A stretch of 64,000 nucleotides of DNA, from NCBI GenBank assembly GCA_010356995.1, contig ML996687.1, positions 1,551,803-1,615,802 of the forward strand, in the 5' to 3' direction. Positions 23,703-35,807 of this stretch are shown one piece after another. The notes beneath the pieces were generated by a model that worked only from the letters and a program-made list of their open reading frames with translations, did not search any database and had not been told where the DNA came from. The DNA comes from Trichodelitschia bisporula (taxonomy: Eukaryota). The translations under genes were made by a program, and so were the position numbers. Within the stretch, counting starts at the first letter, position 1, and the number at the start of each line of letters is the position of its first letter.

Positions 23703-26649
23703 ATGGAAAGAGCAGCAACAACATCGTACACTTCTGCCTCCTCGCAACACCCTACCACATCCTATCCGGAGTACACTACGACGACTCCGCTTCCACGCAT
23801 AGGACGCCGGAGAGATGGGAGGTCAGCAGCAGCTCGACCGAGAACGGAGCGTTCAACCATTGCAGACCCGAGTGACGATGTCGTCTGTGCAATCACCGAA
23901 TCTCGCGGTGTCTCCCCAACAGTCGGGCTGGCATTTATCAACCTCGACGTGGGCAGAGCTGTCATTTGCCAGATCAGTGACAACCAGACCTACGTCCGTA
24001 CTCGCCACAAGTTAGAAGTCAATGGTCCTTCTCGCGTGCTGATGCCTTCGACTGCTGCTAACCCGCCATCCAAACTCTTCCATATGGTGGAGGGTTGCGT
24101 GAACAGCATCGGGTCCTCTTTAAGCCTTCTTGATCGTCGCTACTACGACGAAAGTAGCGCACTGGCATACATACGTAACTTAGCTATTGCTGAAGATCTG
24201 GGAGCACTCGATATTGCGGCTAAAGGTAACTACTTTGCCGTCTGTTGTTTTGCCGCCGTGAGTCTTATACTCTACTCCGTACCATTACCGCTGATTTCAA
24301 GTCAGATCATGAAGTTCGTAGAATTTCAGCTCGGCAAGACCTTTCCGTTCCGCTCCTTGAGGGTTGCCTATGAGCCAGCCGAAGGTTCCATGGTGATTGA
24401 CATGCCTACCGTCCACTCACTGGAGTTGATTCAAAATCTCGAAAACCAGAAATCTAAGCAGTGTCTCTACGGCCTCCTTGACGAAACTCTGACGCCTATG
24501 GGATCACGCTTTTTGCGGAGTTGCATTTTGCAGCCGTCAATTGATCCAGATGTCATTGCAAAGCGTTACGATGCCGTAGAAGAACTCACCACCAAGGAAG
24601 ATATGTTTTTCGCCACGAGACAAGGTATGCGCTTTTCGGAGACTTTCTTAACTGATTTTCACAGCACTCAAATCGACATGCGATGCAGAAAAAGTTCTCA
24701 CCGGGGTGAGTAACTGTAGCCATTTTACGCTGCCAGTCTGCTAACGCACACCCAGTTCATCATGATTCATGCCAACCCTTCCACGATTCATACTGAGCAG
24801 ACGATCAACAGGCTTATTATCGTTAAACAATTCGCTGCTTCCATGAGACCAGTGTTCGAAGCCTTGGCGGGAGCCCAAAGCGCTCTTCTTCGCAGCATTC
24901 AGAAGGTGACCTATCGTCCCTTGCGGATCGAAGGGAATACTGACCGAAAGAAAGAACTGTAATCCACGTTGCCTTGAGCCAATATATGAGATCATTGGCC
25001 AGGCAATCAACGAAGACACAGCGTTTGCTAAAAGTCCACTGGAAATGAGAAATCAGCGTATATATGCAGTCAAGTCCGGTGTGAACGGCCTTCTGGACGT
25101 TGCCAGGCAAACCTACAAGGAATCGTCCGAAGACGCGTATCGCCACCTAGAGGATCTGTCAAGTAATGTTGATTACATTGTTACGTCTGTTTACTAACCG
25201 CACACAGATCAGCATAGCTTGCCTTTGGATCTGAAGTATGACAACGCCCGGCAATTTTACATTCGGATCTCGGCAAACGATGTTGGAGACCAGCCTCTCC
25301 CACTGACCTTTATCAATGTCTTCCGGAAGAAGGGTATGATTGAGTGTCAAACGTTGAGTCTGCTGAAGATGAACCAAAAAGTAACATCAACTCCTGGGTT
25401 CACAGTCAGCGTGCTAACTGGCCTTCAGATCTCTGATGCCATCGTCGAAATCATCGCCATGAGTAAGTGCGAGAGGGCATCGTTACAAGTCATCTGACCT
25501 TTCCAAGGCGCCAAAGTTGCACATGAGACCACCCAAGCGGTGCAACAGCAGGTGTCTCTTTTGTTTCGATGCTGCGATAGTATCGCCATGCTTGATATGG
25601 TAAGGAAAATCTTATTCCGCCACTTGCCTGCGCTCATGGGCTTAGCTTGCAGCCTTCGCTCAACTGGCAACTAGTCAAGGCTATGGTGAGTCGAAATCCT
25701 GCAACAGCATATGCGAGCTCACATATAGCCAGTGCGTCCTGTCCTTACGGACACGTTGGCCATCCAAGCCGGTCGCCATCCTATCCGTGAGAAGTTCCAC
25801 TCCCTGAGGTACATCCCAAACGACGTCTATGCAACCCAACAAACGCGGTTCCAGATTATCACGGGGTGTAACATGTCCGGTAAGTCAACATACATCAGAA
25901 GCGTTGCTCTCATGGTTGTTATGGCCCAAATTGGCAGTTTTGTACCCGCTACCTACGCTTCATTCCCTATCAGACACCAACTGTTTGCCCGTGTCAACGT
26001 GGACGACTCTATCGCAGCGAGCGCAAGCACTTTCGCAGCTGAAATGCGGGAGACGGCTTTCATCATGAGGAACATAGACCGTCAGTCGATGGCCATACTC
26101 GACGAGCTGGGCCGGGGAACCAGTACCAGGGATGGTTTGACAATTGCGCTTGCAATCGCGGAAGCATTGGTCGAAAGCCGGGCGCTGGTGTGGTTTGCGT
26201 CGCATTTCCGGGATCTTGCTACCATAATGGCTGAACGCAACGGATGTATCAACCTACATCTTGCCGTTGAAATGAGAGGTGAGGCAGCCATGACTATGAT
26301 GTACAAGATCGCAGAAGGGTACTCCAAGGAGGAGCACTATGGGCTCAAACTGGCTCGAGTCGTCCCTTTGCCTGCCAACGTGCTTCATATCGCCGAGGAG
26401 GTGACGCAAAAGCTGGACAGTCGGGCGAAAAAAAAGCAGGAACATTCTACGGCCGTAATGCGTGAGAGGCGGCGGAAGCTGATACTTAGCCTTAAGGAAC
26501 ATCTGACGCAAGCGGAGCAAGGAACTATGGGCGGAGAAATCTTAGCAAACTGGCTGAGGGAATTGCAGAGGGAGTTTGTGGTTCGGATGACGGCCATTGA
26601 CTCTGAAGCTGAAGGGGCCGATGGAACTGATGCCATGTCCGATTATTGA
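23703..26649 (+). CDS. MSH4: Meiosis-specific MutS homolog Msh4; 10 exons, frame intact across all 9 introns
   Basis: ESRGVSPTVGLA, QISDNQTY, NGLLDVARQTY, ITGCNMSGKSTY (Walker A), STFAAEM, ILDELGRGTS, HYGL; lacks a mismatch-binding N-terminal domain. Confidence 0.93.
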
Positions 26650-26893
26650 ATTCACATCGCGGCCGACATAGCATGGAACGAGTAGAATTCAAGGTACCAG
26701 AGCTAAGACAATGGTATCACCGGTAGCTCATAACCCACCACTGCCGCCGCAGCTTTGTCGTCAACCACATAGCTATCTTGAGGCCAAGATACAAAACGCT
26801 CATTACATTTGAACATCATGACCGCAAAGCTTCTTCAAGAGTGCACAAATGTAAGCTTGGTCCGCAACGCTTTTCTGTTAATGCACCAGAACC

Positions 26894-28568
26894 TCAGCGC
26901 TTCGCTTTAGCGTGCTTCAAGGCACCCTCAAGGGCAAACTGAGACGGGACACCCTCAATGCGGTGCGTCGAGTTGAGGTTCTTGACCATCGTAATCTGGT
27001 AGCAAGTGGCCGAACCTTGCCGAGAGATGATGGTGGAGTAGGCGAGGAAGTACTCCCAGATCTCATCATAGTTAGCAACATCCCCTGAAGCCGCGCACTT
27101 CACTCACTCTAAACCAGCGTTTGCCGTATTTCGCTTCGATCTTGTCCTTGTTGGCCAACCAGTTACGGTACCACCTCCAGAGCGTTGCGGAGTAGTGGAC
27201 ACCGATAGTGTCGATCTGCTTGATTTCGAAGCCAGCGCCCTCGAGTCTGTCGACGAAGAACCCAAGCGGCGTGGAGGCGTCAGCACCGGGAAAGACGTAC
27301 TTGTTCATGAACAGGCCCCAAATGAGATCCTCGTACTGCCATGATTTCCTAAGGCCGGCAATCTGGAGGAAAAAGATGCCATCATCATCGAGCATGTCGT
27401 ACACTTGCCTGCAGAATGCCGAGAAGTGGCGTACACCAACATGTTCAGCCATTTCCAAACAGGTGATCTTGTTGTAGCGGCCTTCCGGGATCGGAATATC
27501 TCGGTAGTCCATACAGAGAATGCGGCTTTGCTCTTCATTAATACCTTCCTTACGGAGCCCGTTGTTGCCCCAAGCTGTCTGATTGCGACCGAGGGTGATG
27601 CCAGTCACACTGACGCCGTAATTCACGCTGGCAAAGCGGGCCAGAGTTCCCCAGCCGCAGCCAATGTCAAGCATACGCTCACCTTTTTGGAGCGCAATTT
27701 TTTCACAGACAATTGCGAGCTTGTTGTCTTGGAGTTGTTCGAGGGTCTCTTCTTTGGTAATGTCGGATATGATGCCAGAGGTATAGATCATCCTCGGGCC
27801 AAGGAACCAACCGTAGAAGTCATCGCCGCGATCGTAATGATCACGCACTTGCTCCTCATCTGCGACAAAGTAAGTAAAGCCTCAAAAACAACAGCACGAC
27901 CGACCTTGAGAACGAGTGTGCATAATAACCTCAGGAATCATTCCCGTCAAGAAGAACTTGAACAGACTGAAATTGAAATGAAAGCTAGCCCAGTCATGGC
28001 GGTATTCGAGAACCTCCAAGCAATCTCCGTTGAAGTCCGCTTCCCCATCGAAATACTTTTCGTGGAAAGTTTCGATTGAGATCTTCGTCCGTCCGTGGTA
28101 TTTCTCCCGGTCCTCCTCCTTGAGGAACTTCAGATAATGCTCAATTGGCTTTCCAGGAAGCCGAGCCTTCTCATTTAGTCGTGGCGAGTAGCTGGAGACA
28201 AGTGTCCAAAAGCCCACGAGGAGTGGGAGCGATGTAAGAGCAGCAAAGAAGATCCATGTCTTCAAACCACCGCCGACCTTGCGGGTCAAGTACCAGGGAA
28301 CGATGGTAAGAATTGCAAAGAGGACGTAGTTGTTGAAGTGCTCGCCCCCAGGACCGTCGGCGGGCAACGGGGCATTCTTGATGGCCGGAGACTGAGGGTA
28401 GAGTCAGTGAATGTGGGTGGGGGAGGTTTCCAGTGCGCAGGGAGCTTTGATACTTACCGTGGTGACTTTGACTCCACAATCGAAGGCAATTGGCTCGGGG
28501 TTTGGGGCAGGAGGAGTCTCAATGAACTCGAATGAGTCCTCCGACGGAGTCTTCCCGCTGTCGGGCAT
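26894..28568 (-). CDS. Sphingolipid C9-methyltransferase (cyclopropane fatty acid synthase family); 4 exons
   Basis: Two N-terminal TM helices, VRDHYDRGDDFY, LDIGCGWG, ITCLEMAEHVG, KYVFPGAD. Confidence 0.92.
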
Positions 28569-28855
28569 GGCTAGAGTACGGTGAAGACGGAGGGCAGAGG
28601 AAAGTCTAGGTTGAAGAGGGAAAGGCGGCGATAGGATACATAAGTTTTGGCAACGTACGGGCCGTGCACAGTACCTTGGCGAATTCGGAACGGAGCTCGG
28701 GCCTTTGCTGGTGTTTTTCAGTTGAGCCAGTGGCTGGTTTGGTGGCTGGACATGGCACCAGGGGAACGGTGTCAACGGTCCAGTGATAAGGCGCTATCAT
28801 CCGCATGTACATGTGTGCAGAGGCACAATGAATGCATTTTTTAAAGCTGCAACAT

Positions 28856-29890
28856 CTATACTCCGAGGTCCCCTGGTGCAGGCGTCCCAACAGTCTCAAG
28901 CAAATTTCTCTTGACACGTTCCTGCATCTCGGCCGTTACTCCGGCGTGCTCGAGATATTTCTCAATTGACCCGTATTTCTGCTCAATGTGCTCCACCATC
29001 TTGACTACAAGCTTCTCGTCGCAATCTGCAAATTCTGCTGTCAGGCCAATCGACTCAATCTCCTGCACTCTCTCCGCCCTTTCAGTCGTCAGCTCCGGCC
29101 CGGAAAGCATGTAGTCGTGGTGGATGGCAGCCGTCGACACATGTAGCAGTAGCAGCACCATGAGCACCACCAAGCCCGTCCGGTCCTTGCCTTGTGTACA
29201 GTGAATCATCAGGGGGTAGTTTGCGGGCTCCGCAAGAACGTCAAAGACCTCCCGGACTTCCTTGATGCACGCATCAGTTGAATCGACGCCGAGACCGATC
29301 AACCCTCGCTCCCGCATCACGTTCGTTCCAAGCACCCGGATGGCTTGTACTCGGTATCCAGCCGCCATGTAGCTTACAAGCTTAATGACATTGATCCATG
29401 ATAGCTGCTTCATCAGAGCCCGAGAATAAGCCGACCCGTTGAAGTTGATCTTGAAGAACTGCAAGTGCATGGACTCAAATGGCACCTCCGGGGGACTTTC
29501 AGCTGCACCAACTCGGGCTTGTCGCTTTTCGACTTGTTGGATGTGCTCTGATCTTGAGTCCGTCAGCGTGTATCGTTTATTTCATTTCCTTGACATACTC
29601 AGTCCGTAGGTCGATGACGCTTGTTATGCCAAACTCTTGGACAAGCCTTTGCCTGTCATTTTCAGATGCGTGGTCTGCAATTCGTGAATAAAGACCCATG
29701 ACCTTTGTACGGTTGTACCAGCATACCAGGCCTTGCACAGCGGTATAGTCTTCCAGACTGGAGGATTCTGAAGGCTTGTGAGTACTTGGAAAAGCGACAG
29801 GATAGCGAAACATGCTTACGGCATTCCTACGAAGCTGTTGATGGTTTGCCCAACATCGCGAAAGTTCAAGATTGTTTGGAGAGGTGACAT
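28856..29890 (-). CDS. Tyrosine/dual-specificity phosphatase family protein; 3 exons
   Basis: NFRDVG, VIDLRT, catalytic HCTQGKDRTG (CX5R), DYMLS. Confidence 0.9.
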
Positions 29891-30399
29891 CGCGCTGCTC
29901 AGTTAGTGAATAATTCTAGTCGGCGAGGGATAGTTAAGTGCTTCCTCGCTCTTGAAAACTAGAACCAAGGAGCAAAGGGGGTGCTACGTTTATAGGTAAG
30001 CAAGGCGGGCCAATGCGTTCGGTGGTGGCCGCGTTTCTGGCGTGCCAGGGCACAGGTACAGCGCTCCTGCTAGCTGCAGTCGTTCAACACCCATCACAGT
30101 CCAAATGCTGTGATGCGCGCTTCCATCTCATCAACAGCTTTTCGTACCCTCTTGGGACAAGACTATTATAATATCGTGCCCTTTTTTCTGTTTTCCACAA
30201 ATCTCTCAGCCGAAAACCCGATGACTGGAGGGTTGGCTTCGAAGAAGAAGGAACGGTTGGTGATACCGAAAGCCGTCATGACATCATACCCAGTTTGACA
30301 ATATCAATCCAGGTCATCCACTGCTGCAGCTTGCAGCCCTCCTTCAGCTTTACTACACCAGAATCTTGGTTCGAATCTCGAAAACCATTAGACACCGTC

Positions 30400-32305
30400 A
30401 TGTCTAGCCGTCTTGCTAGCTTTCCAGCGTTGAGCTATGAGCAGGAGCATGCCCGCACCGCAGCAGCTCTCGCCTTCATCAACGCAAACCCGCTGCCGAG
30501 CGAGTTATCGTCGACATCCCAAAGTCCTCTCGCAAAATCAATGGCCAACATAGCAGTCGGAAAGCACGACCTCTCAACCGTTTCGATCGCATCGGGATGG
30601 TCTGCAAGAAAGGCCGGCATCAACACGACTGCGTACACGTGTAAATCCTCGCATGAGAAACACCTTTCGGCTTGCTTGCAGCCCGGATGCTCCCCCACAG
30701 ATTCTGGTACTCCGAAGGTAACCATGAAATCTGCTCCGCGGGATGGACTTCATCCTCTGCCACCGCCTTTCGGTGCTGCCAAAGCCGATGCTAGAAACCG
30801 TCGGATTGTTTCAGAAGCTACCGCCATTTCCGCGGCACAGCAGATCTCCATGCGGCCAGAGAGCACTGATAAGTTCCATCGCCGAAGCGGTATACAAAGG
30901 CTCGCCAAGAAGGAGCAGATGGAGGCGAATCTTGATGGTGACTGGAATAGAGCGAAGCCCACCCTGCCAGACGACGGACATAGCGGAAAGACTCGAATGC
31001 CAACCCCTCAAAGCCTGCTCATGGTGGCAGCAGCCAATGTTCAAGCCAGATTGGAGGAACTAGACCAAAGAATTCTGGATGAAAAGAATATGACGCCTCC
31101 GGCCGCACTTCGAGGCTGGAGTACATTTGTGCGACACGCTCAGTTTCCTCAGCAGCGATGGCCAACAAGGAGTAAAAAACTGACCAAAGGCGTCAACGAG
31201 GGTGGGCATACCGAAGTTGGTTGGATTGAAGCAGACAGCGTCCGCAGTAGTCTTCAAGATGTGGAGAATATCGCACCCGAAGGTGAAGCCCAGGAAAGTT
31301 TGAAGCTTGCCAGACCGAGCGTGAATCGTCACGGACAAGAGGCGCAGATGAGGGGTAAGCCACATTTCCCCTTTTTGCACAGGCCGTATTGCTGTGGCTT
31401 ACACTACCATTATGTTGGAAGAGATACGAGTCGATAAGAGGCATAATGCACTAAAAAAGCAAGTACGCCATGTGCAAGCCTCCAGAACGGTGAGGCGAGG
31501 CGTGGGGACCGACGATGGTGGAGGAGGAGTAACCATACTTAGCTCTAAGGAACCCCCTCGAACGAAGCCACCTTCGCAGCGCGTCACCAAACCTCACCGC
31601 ACTCCGTCGCAGGCAAGCTGTGATTCTGAGCCTTTACCTTTGCAAAAGCCCGACTTGCGTGCTTCAGTCGCCGACATCGAAATGGCAGCTCACCCCACCA
31701 TCCCACCCCCACCAAGCGGCTCTACCAGCCGCGTTCGGAGTTGGGGTCCGACATCTTTTCACAATTTGGTTCCTCCTGGCGAGGCTCAGGGGGCACCCAC
31801 GAAGCCCGAATCCAAAGGGCTGAAATCCATTTTCCACAAGCTGAGGCGAGCCCGCAAGACGAGAAGCGAAGCCCACATCGGCGACAAGATACAGTTCAAC
31901 TATGAGCCACCAAACGAAGGCGCACAGACGTCCGTTGACCATGCGGAGGTTACAGAGATGTCCTTGCCAGTATCGCAGCGCAACAGCACCATTCGTCAGG
32001 ACTCTCCAGATGAATATCACAGTGCGGTGTCAACGGTTTCGAGCAACAGCCCCGAACTTCCAGAGGAGCGCGGGAGGTCACTTAACCGCATCAGTGTCCT
32101 GAGCGGCAACAGCGGCAAGACGAACGAGGTTGAGGAAGCAAGGGACAAGTTCGATGATCGCCTTGTACCTCCCTTGACCTTTACCAGCAAAAAGGCGGAA
32201 AGTCCTGGGCGAGATTCCAAGTTTCATGAAGTCTTCGAGGAACCGGAGCTGGAGGTGAGATGGAAAGGTGTCGATTCAGCAACGCGGTCCGAAGCCAGTC
32301 GATGA
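30400..32305 (+). CDS. Hypothetical protein, possibly eisosome (Eis1/Seg1)-related; intron 31355-31421
   Basis: Two long ORFs joined in frame by GTAAGC..AAG; LMVAAANVQARLEELD and C-terminal SPGRDSKFHE recall fungal eisosome proteins (weak). Confidence 0.55.
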
Positions 32306-32678
32306 CAGATTTGACTGCTGTTATGGGAACGAGAAACTGACGGCCCGGGGCGATTTGAAGCAATCGTTTCGTACGGCCTCGCGAGGTAGCCTCTCGCTGT
32401 AATATCAATGGCAGCCTTACCGGCTCGTTCTCGGAGTTCCAGGAGATGGCAGTAGACGTCGAATTGAATATACAGTTAAAAGCAGCCGATGAAGGTGGAG
32501 CCAACGAAGGTTGTTGGCCCTGCGCCACCAGGGTTGTTTGATCGAAGGGTCATGGTGGGGCAGGATGCGGCATAAGCCCCCCGTAACCAGGGTCAAGGAC
32601 CCCCCTCAGTCAAGTGACGACATCTGATAAACTGCCACTCGAGACGATAAGATTTTCTTCCGCACCACACCAAGTACC

Positions 32679-34035
32679 ATGGCAGTGCAGACTTTGACTA
32701 CAGGAGACAACTTCTTCACCTCATTCAACACTTCCGTTCCGCGGCTTTTCATTACGGCCGAGACGGACACGGAAGAAGAGTTTGATCAAGTCACTTTAGA
32801 GCAATGGAGGGCTGAGGGGTTCAGGGTTACTTACCTTCCCTATGGGAAGGGCAGTCGAGGATACGTGCAAGATTTGGAGAGCATCGGTAGGAATCTAAGT
32901 TTGGGAGACAGCTTTGCTGTTGTAGGTACGTACGGGCTTCATGTCTTCCAACCGTTTTGGCTAAGGGCTATCTCTTGCAGCATTTGGTGATGCAGCAGCA
33001 ACATGCCTTGAAACGTTCCGCAAGTCAACGCGCAAGCTTTGCGCGCTCGTCGCGTACTACCCAACATCGATTCCCGACCCACACTCGTCATTTCCAATTG
33101 GGATGAAAACTTTGGTGCACCTGGCAGGAGAGGAGGTGGGTGTGACGAGGGCACACGAGGTGCTGGGAATCCAAGGGAAGAGGAGGACAACAACGAAGAA
33201 AATACCAAGTGGAACCGGTACAGGCGGGAAGCTCAAGCTGGCATACCCAAGCTACACGTACACTGGGGTGGCCCCCGGGTTTGCGGAGCACGATCTGGAA
33301 GAGTACGACAAAGTGGCTGATCGCCTTGCGTGGTCGCGAAGTCTTGACTGTTTAAGGAAAGCATTCAAGACGGAGGTTGACCTAGAAAGCGTTTGGGAGG
33401 AGCACGTTGAGCGTTAGTATAACTGAAGAGGGTAGCCGAAGGAGCTTCAACTGACAATTGATTCCGCAGTTGAGTTCATGACGCGCGACGCCGACCGAAC
33501 AATGGCCACCATGGTCAATCACCCATACGTCAATCACGTACGTCCTCAACAGATGCGAGACACTTGACATGATACTAACAACTCCGAGGTTCCGGTTCTC
33601 ACGGGAGGTATTGGAAAGAAGGCCCTACATCGCTTTTACCAGGACTTCTTCATCCCTTCAAATCCACCATCCCTCAAGATGAAGCTGCTGTCCCGGACAA
33701 TTGGCGTCGACAGAGTGGTGGACGAGATGTTTACGAGTTTCACTCACTCCCAGGAAATGCCCTGGATCTTGCCCGGGATACCGCCGACGAATAAGCACGT
33801 TGAGGTTGCGCTCGTAAGCGTCGTCTGCATCCGGGGCGGAAAACTGTATCATGAGCACATTTATTGGGATCAGGCTTCGGTGCTCGTGCAAATCGGCCTT
33901 CTGGACCCCAACGTGGTGCCTCAAGCGATGAAAAATAAGGGTGTGGAACGGCTCCCAGTGGTGGGGAAAGAATCGGCGCGGAAAGTACTGGACGAAGACA
34001 GCGTACCGAGCAACGAGTTGGTGACAGACTGGTAG
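32679..34035 (+). CDS. Dienelactone hydrolase-like domain fused to a SnoaL/NTF2-like domain; 4 exons
   Basis: FAVVAFG, LVAYYP, YTYTGVAPGFAE, AWSRSL; then YVNHVP..TGGIG, RVVDEM, LYHEHIYWDQASVL. Confidence 0.88.
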
Positions 34036-34530
34036 TCGGTTCACTGGAGATGTTTGTCTTTTAAATAGTCCCGCAAGTTCCATGAGACGGGAACAGCAGG
34101 GTGGAGAAGACGCGGGCCTGCTAAAACCCCGATTTACTTTCCCACTACATGAAGTAAGCTTCGAGGCCATGGAAGGACACAAGAAGCAGGCATATCGTGG
34201 TGTTTTGACTCGAGACTTTGACTTTTGCTAGACATGAATGCAGAAGTTAACCTGCAGAGGCTTTGGGACGAGAGTTGTCAGCTCTATATCCCTTCCCAGG
34301 TGTTGTGCTAGAACATGCCGCACGTAACCGACGATGGCGACACCTATGTATGCAGTTAAGCGTTGGAAGCCAGCTCGCTCAAGTCTTTAGCGGTTCGATT
34401 GAAGTGTCAAGAGCTGAAGACGAAATTTCTTGTGCTATTTATTGCCCAGCAAGGTCACATGACATGCCAAGACTCTTACGAGTTGGGGCAAGATACCAGA
34501 AAAACTGGGCTCGTTTGTTCGACTCATGTC

Positions 34531-34562
34531 CTTCTTTTCTTCTTCTACTTCTTCTTCTTCTT
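34531..34562 (+). repeat. Imperfect (CTT)n pyrimidine tract, probably a core-promoter CT box
   Basis: cttcttttcttcttctacttcttcttcttctt immediately upstream of the structured RNA. Confidence 0.6.
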
Positions 34563-34579
34563 CATTGACACTTTTCAAT

Positions 34580-34723
34580 GAACGCTCAAATCAACCCGCC
34601 AGTCTTTTAGCTTTCATAGGCCGGCGGGTCAGTCTGAGTTCTAGATCAAACAGCCATGGCACTCTTTAGGCTTTGGAACTGGAAAATCAATGGTTGTTGG
34701 AGCCACCTGCGTGCCGGACATTA
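34580..34723 (+). ncRNA. Box H/ACA snoRNA (two-hairpin pseudouridylation guide)
   Basis: Hairpin 1 34580-34641, H box AGATCA 34643-34648, hairpin 2 34658-34715, ACA 34718-34720; both 3' pocket strands start 14 nt before their box; both pockets pair with conserved LSU rRNA sequence as recalled. Confidence 0.75.
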
Positions 34724-35807
34724 TTCCTTCCAGTCCCTTGAGTCCATCAGGGACCATTTCTGCCGCTTCTTGCGCGCGCTTGAGCTCCTTTTCGAGTGTC
34801 ATAGAGCGCAGAGCGGCAGAGTGACAAGCGTTGGTCGAGCTGGTTGACCCGTAGCCTCGCCAGTGAGTGGCGAGAAGTTAGTTAAAGCTGTAGCCCCACA
34901 GTCTCGTCGCATGAGAACGGCGTCCTTGTCAGCTTCTGCCACTGAAATACCTTCGTATACGGTAGAAGGTGCAGAAAGCGTGAGAACATGACGACCTCAG
35001 CAGGCCGATGACTTTCAGGCAAGCCCAAAAACTGGTAGCGGAAACGAGGCCCAAAGGCGGTCCAAATGTAGCAAAGCACGTTGCATTGCATGTCGAATTG
35101 CAGTCATGAACACTCTCTCCGGTACTGAATAGAACTAGCTCTAGTTCTAGTAGCTCTACAATGCGCATGTGCCGGTAGTGAATATGTATACGGAGGTACG
35201 GATGTATCGTGTGCTTCCGAGTACTGTAACTCATAACCATCTACGGAGTACAACGATTGTTGCGTCGTGCTGTTCTGCGGAGAATAAATTTTGCGTTGTT
35301 ACGCCTCATTGAACTCCGTCCGCCGACTGGACAACCGTCCAAAGAGATTCTGGACAACGAAGGCTGGTTCTAGTCGAGTTCTGGTGGGCGCATCCTCGCT
35401 CGCTCCCTCACTTCCTCACTCCCCAAACAAACCACCCTCCCCCCTCTCCCCCCCGCCCCTCTCCCCCATACCCCTTCTCCTCTGCAGTTTCAAGCCGCCT
35501 CTCCTTTGCGCCTCCAGCTCAATCCCCTCCCACCCCCTCTCTTCGCCGTTGTAGCTCCTCTACATACTATCCTTGTCGCAATTCCTCCTGGAAATCGCAG
35601 TTACTGTACATCTTTTTGACTAGTTACTATGTGGAGCCGCTAAAGCAGCACACGACCAAGCTCCCTGGAGGCCTAGCCGTCCAACGCATACGAAGCAAGC
35701 CCTTGTCCTTGTCTCCCCCGTACTCCATCCTTCCCGCATCAAACAACTTGCGACCTCCCCACCCCGCTGCTGCTCCGAGGTCTTTCTGCGCGCATTCCCA
35801 CCCACTG

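Noticed and set aside
30368..30380. GGTTCGAATC tRNA T-loop/B-box-like motif
   Set aside because: No cloverleaf or A box around it
34718..34758. ATTATTCC / ACCAT resembling the snR30/U17 m1 and m2 motifs
   Set aside because: No strong basal stem or following ACA box; the first motif overlaps the ACA tail of the snoRNA called upstream
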